Shown here in pieces: positions 9,437-17,981 of a stretch of 64,000 bases of DNA (position 1 is the stretch's first letter; every line of letters begins with the position of its first letter). The stretch comes from Candidatus Omnitrophota bacterium (lineage in GTDB: Bacteria; Omnitrophota; Gorgyraeia; Gygaellales; Profunditerraquicolaceae), in contig JAOAET010000014.1 of the NCBI GenBank assembly GCA_026416665.1, forward strand, positions 557 through 64,556. Direction: 5' to 3'. Made by a program: the position numbers and the translations under genes. The notes under the pieces are model-generated. The model saw only the letters and a program-made list of their open reading frames with translations, was not told the origin of the DNA and made no database searches.

Positions 9437-9620
9437 GATGCCCCCTCATTATTTCTTTTAGTTTTTTTAAGTCATCCTCAGTGTATTGACGCCAGCGGTT
9501 AATAAGATTTCTTCGTGCTTTAGGAAAAATTCCTTTTTTCTCGTAGCGGAACAGGGTTTGTTTAGAGATTCCAAGTCTCTCAGCTACTTCCTGTGCAGTA
9601 AACATTTTGCTCTCACTCAT
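9429..9620 (-). CDS. Small MerR-family (BldC/Xis-like) winged HTH protein, DNA-binding domain only
   Basis: FTAQEVAERLGISKQTLFRYEKKGIFPKARRNLINRWRQYTEDDL; 63 aa with no dimerisation helix or effector domain. Confidence 0.88.
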   Translation of the reverse strand: MSESKMFTAQEVAERLGISKQTLFRYEKKGIFPKARRNLINRWRQYTEDDLKKLKEIMRGHLG

Positions 9621-9717
9621 ATAACCTACCTTTCTGAGAAAAATTACTGTTTTATTTTCTTTAAAATAGCATTTTACCAGTATCCCTTATTGTTTAATAT
9701 TCTACTTCTGTTAAAAC

Positions 9718-9747
9718 TGATAATACTTGATAGTATTTGATAGTATT
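9718..9747. repeat. Three tandem 10-bp direct repeats (candidate operator)
   Basis: TGATAATACT-TGATAGTATT-TGATAGTATT, overlapping the -10 box and the predicted start site. Confidence 0.8.
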
Positions 9748-9773
9748 GTAAACTACCAGATATAAATTGTCAA
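9745..9773 (-). promoter_or_regulatory. sigma70-type promoter of operon B
   Basis: TTGACA(9773-9768)-17 bp-TACAAT(9750-9745). Confidence 0.8.
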
Positions 9774-9805
9774 GATTTAATTTTTTATAATCCCTTTATT
9801 TTTAT

Positions 9806-10639
9806 TTAGTTAGAAAAAAGACGCACTAATAATTTTCTATCCTCTGCCGTCAGATTATTAATTCGAATCCCTAGCAAATAATTTTTATAGTTTACCATCG
9901 TGCTGCGCAGGATTTCTCCTTTTGCCTCTATTACACAAGTTTCAAACCCACATTTTTCGAACCCATAGAGTGTAAAGGAAACATATATATGAGGTGGTAA
10001 AAATAAAGGCATCTCTGCTCCTAAAGCAGAACAATCCGCCGAAACATTTAAAACTTTTCCTTCAATAACTCTGGGAGCAAACAATTTAACTTCTTCATCA
10101 ACAAGAGTAAGCTGTATTTTACCAGAAACAGGTAATCTATCTGCCTCTCGCCATTGACTAACCCCACTTAAAGGATTATGCTTAATAAGATATCTAGTGA
10201 TTTCAAAATTCTGTTCATCAAGTTTGTAATAGAGATCTATAGCAGCTAAAATTTCGTGAGTAGTAGCAACCACCGGCTCAATCGTTAATCCTGTAATTTT
10301 GGAAACATCGTCAATAAGAGCTGCGTTTAAAGGATTAGCACATGCTAAAAACAAAGTATTGCCTACCTTATATAAGGGAAAAACCTTATTTTGTAAACAA
10401 TAATTTTCTTCTAAAAGATGAAGCACATGTGGCGAAATTGCATAATCAGAAATACGTACAAATGCAAAACCACCCATTTGTGCAAAGAAACAAGCCAGCT
10501 GTTCTTCTGATAAAAACCCTAATTTTACCAGACATATCCAAATAGATTTTTTACTGGTGGTGGCTTCAAGGCGAGCAACATCAAGCTGCCATTGTTCAAT
10601 CCATTTGTTCTCTAATAACTCTTTTTCGAGATCTAACAT
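9806..10639 (-). CDS. GspE/PilB N-terminal (MshEN/T2SSE_N) domain fused to a PilZ domain; no ATPase
   Basis: N-terminal half aligns to PilB N1 (VFPLYKVGNTLFLACANPLN). The C-terminal half has RxxxR (READR) and NVSADCS. Confidence 0.75.
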   Translation of the reverse strand: MLDLEKELLENKWIEQWQLDVARLEATTSKKSIWICLVKLGFLSEEQLACFFAQMGGFAFVRISDYAISPHVLHLLEENYCLQNKVFPLYKVGNTLFLACANPLNAALIDDVSKITGLTIEPVVATTHEILAAIDLYYKLDEQNFEITRYLIKHNPLSGVSQWREADRLPVSGKIQLTLVDEEVKLFAPRVIEGKVLNVSADCSALGAEMPLFLPPHIYVSFTLYGFEKCGFETCVIEAKGEILRSTMVNYKNYLLGIRINNLTAEDRKLLVRLFSN

Positions 10640-10648
10640 AAATTAAAG

Positions 10649-11875
10649 TTACTTCTTAAATAACTGTATCATATTCCATAATGGTAAAAAAATAGCCAGT
10701 GCCATACCCATTACTACCACCCCCAAAACAGCTGTCATCAAGGGTTCAATTAATGCCGTGAGATTTTTTACCGTAGTTCGCACTTCCAGCCCGAAGTATT
10801 CACATAAAGAATCTAACATCAAAGGTAATTGTCCACTTTTTTCTCCTACCGACACCATATAACCAACTAACCTTGGAAAAAACTTACTGTTAAGGATACC
10901 TCCAGATATACCCTTTCCATCTGCAACTGCTCGTTTAATAATATTAACCTCATTCTCTAACACAACATTACCAATCGTCATTCCTACAATCTCTAACGTC
11001 CTTAGAATAGGTAAACCAGATTGGTATAAAACATTTAACATACTGGCAAACCGTAACATAGTTATTTTAGTATAAAGTTTACCAAAGATAGGGATTTTAA
11101 ACTTTAAGCTATCCCAAAAATTACGCCCAAAAGCAGTTTTAATAAAAACGCGCCATAATAATGAAAATACACCAATACCTGCTATAACCGCATACCAATA
11201 ATGGCGTAAAATGTGTCCAAATAAAATCATTATTTGTGTGGGTAAAGGCAGTTGGGTGTTGGCCTGGGCATAAATTTTGGCAAACTGGGGCATAACAAAT
11301 ACTGTCAATACCACCACCGCCACAATCATAGCAATTACTACCATAATAGGATATCGTAAAGCCGCTGATATATTGGAACGTGTCTCTAAATCTTCTTCTA
11401 ACATCTCTGCCAAACGCATCAGAACCTTATCTAAAATTCCTGCACTCTCCCCCGCTATCACGGTATTTACATAAAGTTCAGAGAATATACCTGGATGCTT
11501 TGCCAATGCCTGAGATAAACTTGTTCCTGCCTCTACATCGCGTAAAATTTCTTGTAGCGCTTTTTTTAATGCAAGATCTTCTGCCTGTTCAGCAAGTACT
11601 CCCAATCCTTCTAAAATAGGCACCGCTGCTTTAATGATAGTGGCAAATTGCCGAGTGAATATCACCAATGTGCGCATATCCACTGTGCCGTGGGTTTTCT
11701 TACCTGCTCCAGAAACACCTTTTTTAATTTGTGTTTTTGCCTTAAAAGTGATACTCACAGGTAAATATCCTTTTTTTGCTAATTCAGTAGTTAAAGCCAT
11801 TTCACTGGTAGCTTCCATTTCCCCTTTCACGTATTTTCCCTGACTATCTACTGCTTTATATATATACCAAGTCAT
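10649..11875 (-). CDS. pilC: Type IV pilus/T2SS inner membrane platform protein (PilC/GspF)
   Basis: FTRQFATIIKAAVPI, AGESAGILD, ALRYP, GEKSGQL and LIEPLM. Confidence 0.93.
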   Translation of the reverse strand: MTWYIYKAVDSQGKYVKGEMEATSEMALTTELAKKGYLPVSITFKAKTQIKKGVSGAGKKTHGTVDMRTLVIFTRQFATIIKAAVPILEGLGVLAEQAEDLALKKALQEILRDVEAGTSLSQALAKHPGIFSELYVNTVIAGESAGILDKVLMRLAEMLEEDLETRSNISAALRYPIMVVIAMIVAVVVLTVFVMPQFAKIYAQANTQLPLPTQIMILFGHILRHYWYAVIAGIGVFSLLWRVFIKTAFGRNFWDSLKFKIPIFGKLYTKITMLRFASMLNVLYQSGLPILRTLEIVGMTIGNVVLENEVNIIKRAVADGKGISGGILNSKFFPRLVGYMVSVGEKSGQLPLMLDSLCEYFGLEVRTTVKNLTALIEPLMTAVLGVVVMGMALAIFLPLWNMIQLFKK

Positions 11876-11898
11876 ACCCTCTACCCTTAAATCTTATT

Positions 11899-13716
11899 CT
11901 ACTTTCTATTACTTAACCAATTGGCAATGCGCTTTTCATAAGCAGCTATCTGAGATTCATCCACTTTTACTGGTTGCTGAGATAAAGTACTTGCAGGCGG
12001 AGAAGGAATTGCTGGACCAACAAGAATTTCCTCAGAAGTTGATCGTAAATCAAGATGTTCTTCGCAAACCCTAGCTACTTCTTCCAAAGTGGTTATACCT
12101 TGCAATACCTTTGATAAACCATCTTCACTTAGGAGTTTCATCCCTTTTGCTTGCGATTTTTTACGTAACTGCACAGTAGATGCACCCGCAATAATCATTT
12201 CTCTAATCTCATCATCCACCACCATTAGTTCAAATAATCCGGTTCGTCCGCGATAACCTGTCCCTTTACAATAATCACAACCCTTTCCCCTGTATAAACG
12301 AATATTCTTCTTATGGCTTAATCCCCATTTTTCCAAAACTGCCTTCGTTGGTTCATATGACTCCTTACAATGTTCACAGATAACCCTTACCAACCTTTGT
12401 GCCATAACTCCAATAAGAGAAGCTGAGATTAAAAAGGACTCCACTCCCATATTAACTAAACGCGTTACTGCTGAGGGTGCATCATTGGTGTGCAAAGTAG
12501 AAAAGACTAGATGTCCAGTTAAGGCAGCCTGAATAGCAATAACTGCTGTCTCTAAATCTCTTATCTCTCCGACCATAATTACATCAGGATCTTGACGCAG
12601 AATTGCCCTTAAACCATTTGCGAAGGTAATTCCTGCCTTAACATTTACCTGTATTTGTCGAATCAGTCCGAGACGGTATTCTACAGGGTCTTCAATTGTA
12701 ATGATATTACGGTCAATAGTGTTGATGCGCATAAGGGCTGAATATAAAGTGGTAGTCTTTCCACTACCTGTTGGACCAGTGGAGAGAATAATTCCGTACG
12801 GTCGCGAGATAAGCTCTTCATACCGCTTAAGCATATCTTGGGTAGAAAACCCTAATTTTTCCAGCCCAATCATTACTGAGGCAGTATCCAAAAGCCGAAT
12901 CACCACATTCTCTCCATAAATAGTGGGAATGGTTGAAACACGAAAATCAATAATTTTATCATCTATCTTTGACTGAAAATGGCCATCCTGGGGAATTCTA
13001 CTTTCCGCTATATCCATACCTGCCAACACCTTAATGCGTGAGATAATTGCTCCTTCCCAATCTTTAGGGGGAGGCGGTATTTCATGAAGGATACCGTCAA
13101 TTCTAAAACGAATTCTTAGAATTTCTTGTTCTGGTTCAATATGTATATCCGATGCCCTGTCACGAACCGCTTGTGAGATAATTAAATCTACTAATTTTAT
13201 AATTGAAGCTCCTTCTTGAGCAGATTTGGCAGTGGCAGAGGAAACTGCTACTTGAGCATAGTCAGTCATAAGCTTTTCGTCTTGGGGCCTGCGTTTATAC
13301 ACTTTAATACGCGCCTCTTCTATATCTTCGGGACTGGCCAAATAGGGCTCTACATGAAGACCAGTTTGCATCTTTATTTGGTCAATAGAAAAAATATCCC
13401 CTGGATCCACCATTGCTACGTGAAGCACTCCTTGCTCCAAACGAAATGGTACAGACTGGGTCTCAGTAGCTAAGGATTCAGGCATACGTTCTATCATTTC
13501 TTCGGGTGCTTTAACAACATCTAATTTAACGAAGTTAAATCCAAGTTTTCTGGCAATGGCCTCATAGAGTTTGTGGCGATTGACCAACCCCATCTCTACC
13601 ACTACCTTTACTAGTGGACGTCTCAGTTTCTTAATCTCCTCTTGTGCCTTATCTAAATTTTCCTGACTGATTAATTCCTCCGAGATAAGTAGTTGGGCTA
13701 ACTCCATGTCGTTCAT
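11899..13716 (-). CDS. pilB: Type IV pilus/T2SS assembly ATPase (PilB/GspE family), copy 2
   Basis: GPTGSGKTT, TIEDPVEY, LRQDPDVIMVGE, zinc motif; about 50-aa Pro-rich C-terminal extension. Confidence 0.93.
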   Translation of the reverse strand: MNDMELAQLLISEELISQENLDKAQEEIKKLRRPLVKVVVEMGLVNRHKLYEAIARKLGFNFVKLDVVKAPEEMIERMPESLATETQSVPFRLEQGVLHVAMVDPGDIFSIDQIKMQTGLHVEPYLASPEDIEEARIKVYKRRPQDEKLMTDYAQVAVSSATAKSAQEGASIIKLVDLIISQAVRDRASDIHIEPEQEILRIRFRIDGILHEIPPPPKDWEGAIISRIKVLAGMDIAESRIPQDGHFQSKIDDKIIDFRVSTIPTIYGENVVIRLLDTASVMIGLEKLGFSTQDMLKRYEELISRPYGIILSTGPTGSGKTTTLYSALMRINTIDRNIITIEDPVEYRLGLIRQIQVNVKAGITFANGLRAILRQDPDVIMVGEIRDLETAVIAIQAALTGHLVFSTLHTNDAPSAVTRLVNMGVESFLISASLIGVMAQRLVRVICEHCKESYEPTKAVLEKWGLSHKKNIRLYRGKGCDYCKGTGYRGRTGLFELMVVDDEIREMIIAGASTVQLRKKSQAKGMKLLSEDGLSKVLQGITTLEEVARVCEEHLDLRSTSEEILVGPAIPSPPASTLSQQPVKVDESQIAAYEKRIANWLSNRK

Positions 13717-14357
13717 TTCTTCTGTCCTTCTTGCAATTGTATAATCCAGCTCTTTACTAAATTTGCATCAGGAGCATCGCCAGAGATATTAAGATATTGT
13801 TGGTAGTATTTAATTGCCTTATCTTTGTTACCCAAATAATTTTCATATAAAACAGCCAGATTATAACAGGCATCTTTATCTAAAGGATTTAAATTAAGTA
13901 CGAGTTTAAACGCCTCTTCTGCCTGAATAAACTGCCCTTGGAGTAAGTACTCGATACCCAAATTATAGTAATAGTCAGGGTTTGATGTTTCTTTTTTTAA
14001 TTCTGTAAGATAATAAGTAAGGGCTTTATCCATTCTTTTCTTCTCTTCTTCGGTTGCTTTATGCGAAAAGTCTTTCTGCGTTGTTTCTGACTTAATAGGC
14101 AACTCCGCTGGCATCAATGCTGATAGGCCTTGTATCTCTTGCAGTAAAATTTCTACCCGATTAAACTCAAGATTTGCTGCGGTATAGTTACCCTCTTGAA
14201 TATAAATCTTACCCTTCTCATAATGTTGTTGCGCTTCAGCAAGTTTCTGTTGCTTTAATTGCCAAAAATCTTCTGTAGCAATAACTAACACATTGAAAGA
14301 TAGTAAAAATAATCCAATAATTAAAATTATCCACTTTTTTATTAGCATCTTTTGCAT
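13713..14357 (-). CDS. Exported tetratricopeptide repeat protein
   Basis: Signal/TM segment; TPR motifs YYNLGIEY and CYNLAVLYENYLGNKDKAIKYYQQYL. Confidence 0.82.
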   Translation of the reverse strand: MQKMLIKKWIILIIGLFLLSFNVLVIATEDFWQLKQQKLAEAQQHYEKGKIYIQEGNYTAANLEFNRVEILLQEIQGLSALMPAELPIKSETTQKDFSHKATEEEKKRMDKALTYYLTELKKETSNPDYYYNLGIEYLLQGQFIQAEEAFKLVLNLNPLDKDACYNLAVLYENYLGNKDKAIKYYQQYLNISGDAPDANLVKSWIIQLQEGQKK

Positions 14358-14360
14358 AGA

Positions 14361-15473
14361 CTATCTCTTCTTTTTAGAATCAGGAATTAGCTCTACTTCT
14401 ACCTTAGGTTCACCTTTTTTTGTAGGTAAATGGCCTTGTTGATTTAGCTGGTTATCAGGTGTCTGCAGAACCTCACCAATACGCCCTAAAAGCGTAAGGT
14501 ATTTATCTTGCAAATCTAACATTTGTTGATTTATCTTGTCCAAAGCCATCTGTATGTTGTTTTTTTCTAATTCTACTGCTATATATTTTTCACGTAAGAT
14601 AGCAATTTGTCGGTCTTTGTCCTTGGATTCAGAACGCGCATCAAAAAGTTCGTTTTCCAAGTGCATAATCTTTTCTTGTAAAGAAAATATCTTCTTTGAG
14701 CGGTCTTCCAACTCCTCTCTACTGTTGGCCAATGCCTCCTTGGCTTCTTCATATTGTTTAGCCAATAGTTGTCTTTGGTTTTCTGATTGTTGCAGTTCAT
14801 CTTCCAGTTTCCTAATTTTCTCTTCCAAAGGTTTTGGGTCAAAACGCTTTGTCTGCTCAACTGTGACTTCCTGCAAACTCGCTACAGAAAGAGGGGTATT
14901 CTCTAAAATCTGCAAAAGATAGTTATTAACCGAGGAAAGCTCTTTAGAGACTGTCTCAAGTTGCAGACGTAGTAATTCTTCCTTACCCCTAGAAATTTGC
15001 AGACTTTCTAAAGCTGTTTCCACATGAGCAAGTTTATCTTTAATTGGCTCTATTAAGAGAAACTTCTCTTTTAGTTGAACTATCTGCTTTCTAAGAAATC
15101 TGTTATGTTTTACAAGCACAAGTAACTGCTTCCTAAGGACAGAAAACTGAATTATCTGTTGTTGTAGCTTTTGAAGCTGTAGGGTCAAAAGATGGTTCTG
15201 CCTGAGGGCATCAGTAAGCGTCTGATTAGTTGTTGTAGAGCTACGTTCTACTTCTTCTAACTGTTTTTTTATCTCCTGCTCCTTTTTAACAAACTTATCA
15301 CTTAATTCTTTATAATAGTTGAGCTCTCCTTGTAACTTATCAAGTATTAACTGTTGCTGTTTGTTTTGCATAATACTTTGAGTAAACTCTTTCTGAAGCC
15401 CAGTATAGTAAAACAAAAGCGCACAACTACAACTTATTACAATAACCACAAAAAATGTCCTTTCAGCGAACAT
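14361..15473 (-). CDS. Membrane-anchored coiled-coil protein
   Basis: N-terminal TM followed by about 310 aa of heptad repeats; lies between the secretin and the TPR gene. Confidence 0.78.
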   Translation of the reverse strand: MFAERTFFVVIVISCSCALLFYYTGLQKEFTQSIMQNKQQQLILDKLQGELNYYKELSDKFVKKEQEIKKQLEEVERSSTTTNQTLTDALRQNHLLTLQLQKLQQQIIQFSVLRKQLLVLVKHNRFLRKQIVQLKEKFLLIEPIKDKLAHVETALESLQISRGKEELLRLQLETVSKELSSVNNYLLQILENTPLSVASLQEVTVEQTKRFDPKPLEEKIRKLEDELQQSENQRQLLAKQYEEAKEALANSREELEDRSKKIFSLQEKIMHLENELFDARSESKDKDRQIAILREKYIAVELEKNNIQMALDKINQQMLDLQDKYLTLLGRIGEVLQTPDNQLNQQGHLPTKKGEPKVEVELIPDSKKKR

Positions 15474-16872
15474 CTATTATTTTCCTTTTTTCTAACTTAA
15501 ATGGTCTCTGTTGAACAAGAAAATTATTTTCTTTGTCTATCACAGATTTATCGCCATCTTTCAGGATACGTGCAGTAACAAAAATTAATAGGTCTGTCTG
15601 TTCTTCAGGCTCTTCTTTACTTCCTTTTTGTTTATAGGTAAAGATTTTACCTACAAGAGGTAAAGAACTCAAACCCGGTATCCTCGTCTGTGAAGCATAT
15701 TCCTTGGTTTTGACTAATCCTCCTAAAACAATGGTCTGGCCATCTTTAATTTGAACCTCTGTCTCAGCAGTTCGCGTCTGAATTATCGGACGTTGATTGA
15801 CCCCTTCTCCGATATAATCAAATATATTGGAGACTTCTGGTTTTAACTTTATCTTAATATAGCCATCAGGACTAATCTGAGGCGTAACCTCTAAGTTAAT
15901 ACCTATATTCTGTTCCTCCCAACCAGTAATTTCCCAAGCACCCGTTGTCTCATTAAGAGTGTAAGTAGCAATAGGCACAACTTTACCCACATTAATCTTT
16001 GCTTTTTGGTTATTTACTGCTATAACTCTTGGGGCAGCAATTAATTTTGAATCCGTGCGATTTTTTAAGAAATTTAAAATCGCTGTGAATGAAGAAAAGT
16101 CTAGTGTCCCTAATACAAAATCACTGGTAGTTGCATAAGGAAAACTATAAGGACTATCGGCAGGGAAACTAGAACCACTTGAGACAGGAAATAAATTTTT
16201 TGACAGTTCACCTTTTCCTTTTGGGTCAAAAGGAAAGGTTGTCTTGCGAATAGCTCCCTGTAAAGAAACAGTGGTGCTCCAGTTAATTCCTAGATTTTCG
16301 CTGGTTAAAAGAGAAGTCTCAATTAATCGTGCTTCAATAAGTACCTGCCGATTGGTTTCATCTAAAGCGGGTAACATCGCCTCTATTTTGTTAAGGACTG
16401 AAACCGTATCAGTGACCACCAATGAATTAGAACGGCTATCTGCCTCTATAGAACCACTGGGACTGAGAACTTTGGAGAGAGTATCTTTTAGTTGCATAGC
16501 ACTTGCGTAGTTAAGTTTAAAAAGTTTGGTTTGTTTACCCTCTCGTTCTGCCTCTTCAATAGTAGTAACTTTATACACATTATCCTTCTTTGTATAGGCA
16601 AAACCATTAACCGTAATGATAGAATCAAGGGCTTGATCAATAGTCACATTGGAAAGCTGAACAGTCACCAAACCTCTTACATTCTCAGAGAATACGATAT
16701 TTAGGTTATATTGTTTGGCTAATTGTCTTAAAATATCTTTGATATCCACCTCGCGAAACTCTAATATTTCTATAAGCGGAGTAGATACTTCTTTTTGTTG
16801 AGCGAAGCTAAATTTGATAATTACCCCTGCAACAAAGCTAACTACTAACAAACCTAAAATCGTCTTCTTCAT
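15463..16872 (-). CDS. pilQ: Secretin (PilQ/GspD family), intact
   Basis: Signal peptide, N0 (LEFREVDIKDILRQLA), N3, QVLIEARLIE, GINLEVTPQI and IPGLSSLPLVGKIF. Confidence 0.9.
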   Translation of the reverse strand: MKKTILGLLVVSFVAGVIIKFSFAQQKEVSTPLIEILEFREVDIKDILRQLAKQYNLNIVFSENVRGLVTVQLSNVTIDQALDSIITVNGFAYTKKDNVYKVTTIEEAEREGKQTKLFKLNYASAMQLKDTLSKVLSPSGSIEADSRSNSLVVTDTVSVLNKIEAMLPALDETNRQVLIEARLIETSLLTSENLGINWSTTVSLQGAIRKTTFPFDPKGKGELSKNLFPVSSGSSFPADSPYSFPYATTSDFVLGTLDFSSFTAILNFLKNRTDSKLIAAPRVIAVNNQKAKINVGKVVPIATYTLNETTGAWEITGWEEQNIGINLEVTPQISPDGYIKIKLKPEVSNIFDYIGEGVNQRPIIQTRTAETEVQIKDGQTIVLGGLVKTKEYASQTRIPGLSSLPLVGKIFTYKQKGSKEEPEEQTDLLIFVTARILKDGDKSVIDKENNFLVQQRPFKLEKRKIIDVR

Positions 16873-16907
16873 AAATATACCCTTTTGCTATCATTTTCTA
16901 TAAAAAC

Positions 16908-17366
16908 CTATTGTTCTGGAAAAGTTAAATAAAAACTCTGACTGCCTTTGCGCAAAAGCACTTTATCAGGTAATATCTCAACAACCTCATAACCACTAAT
17001 TATATCACCCACCTTAACAATCTCGTTACTAACAAAAGCAAATCCTACTTTATCTTTCCGCATTGAAATACCCTGAAGACGTAAGGCGGAAGCTTGTCCT
17101 GCCTTGTATGGGTCAGCAGAAAAAGGGTCCCTTCCCCAAGGTTTTTGGGCATTTTTTCTTTGCTCCTCAAGAACTGCTGCTTCCACCTCTTCAACTTTAT
17201 TATTTGCTTGAAAAAAACTATTTCCTGAAGAAGCTTCTTGCAACTGCGAAACCGTAGCCTGAGTTTTCCTCTTCTTATTTTTAAAAGAAAGGTTATGCCA
17301 AAACAAAAAAAACATCAACGGAATTCCTAAGATAATAATTATTATTTGAATCTTCTGTTTATCCAT
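16908..17366 (-). CDS. PilP/GspB-like protein
   Basis: TM, WGRDPF, LRLQGI...AFVSNEIVKVGDIISGYEVVEILPDKVLL; position between pilO and the secretin. Confidence 0.7.
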   Translation of the reverse strand: MDKQKIQIIIIILGIPLMFFLFWHNLSFKNKKRKTQATVSQLQEASSGNSFFQANNKVEEVEAAVLEEQRKNAQKPWGRDPFSADPYKAGQASALRLQGISMRKDKVGFAFVSNEIVKVGDIISGYEVVEILPDKVLLRKGSQSFYLTFPEQ

Positions 17367-17372
17367 ATAATC

Positions 17373-17981
17373 TTAGCCAAAAATAGCGCTTAAAAGAATT
17401 GTTGTTTGTAAATTAACCCAACCAACGTTTGTCTCTTTTCCTTTTGATTCTGCTGTAGGTAACTGCTCTATTCTTACAATACTCAATGACTCTACTTGAA
17501 AAGGCACACTAAGAATTTTTAGTTCGTCTAAAAACTTGCCTATTTGCTGATAATTACTTTCAAATACCACTTCAATATAAACCTTTTCTACTCGTTGGGG
17601 TAATGGTCCCTGGTTTATATCTTCTCTGGGTTTAAGCAAAACTAGTTTTAGCTGTTGTTCATTGGCAAGACTATTGATAATCTGCATAAGTTTAGGAATT
17701 TGTTTTTTTACTGAACCTTGAGTTTGAAACTCCGCCACTTTTGCCCGCAAAGAATTGATAGCTTCTTGCGGATTAGGAACAAGTCTCACCAGTTCTTGAG
17801 CCTCTTGCACCAGACGCTGATTTTGTGAGAATTCTCTGCGAACCCGTTGGGAATAACGTTTAATTGGCCTTCCTACCAGAAAATGAACCAATAAAGTCAA
17901 TAGAAGAAATACGCTACTAAAGATTATTAACCCTTGTATTTTTCCAGAAGGAAGTTTCATCTTTAATATATAAGTTGACAA
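17373..17981 (-). CDS. pilO: PilO-like alignment protein
   Basis: TM, coiled coil and ferredoxin-like tail (FESNYQQIGKFLDELK); follows pilMN. The start may be ATG 17960. Confidence 0.78.
   Translation of the reverse strand: MSTYILKMKLPSGKIQGLIIFSSVFLLLTLLVHFLVGRPIKRYSQRVRREFSQNQRLVQEAQELVRLVPNPQEAINSLRAKVAEFQTQGSVKKQIPKLMQIINSLANEQQLKLVLLKPREDINQGPLPQRVEKVYIEVVFESNYQQIGKFLDELKILSVPFQVESLSIVRIEQLPTAESKGKETNVGWVNLQTTILLSAIFG

Noticed and set aside
9429-9620. Small HTH as a phage excisionase
   Set aside because: There is no adjacent integrase or phage gene, and it overlaps a pilus-type gene in the same operon.
9718-9747. Tandem repeats as a CRISPR array or iterons
   Set aside because: The units are 10 bp with no spacers, and there is no cas or rep gene.
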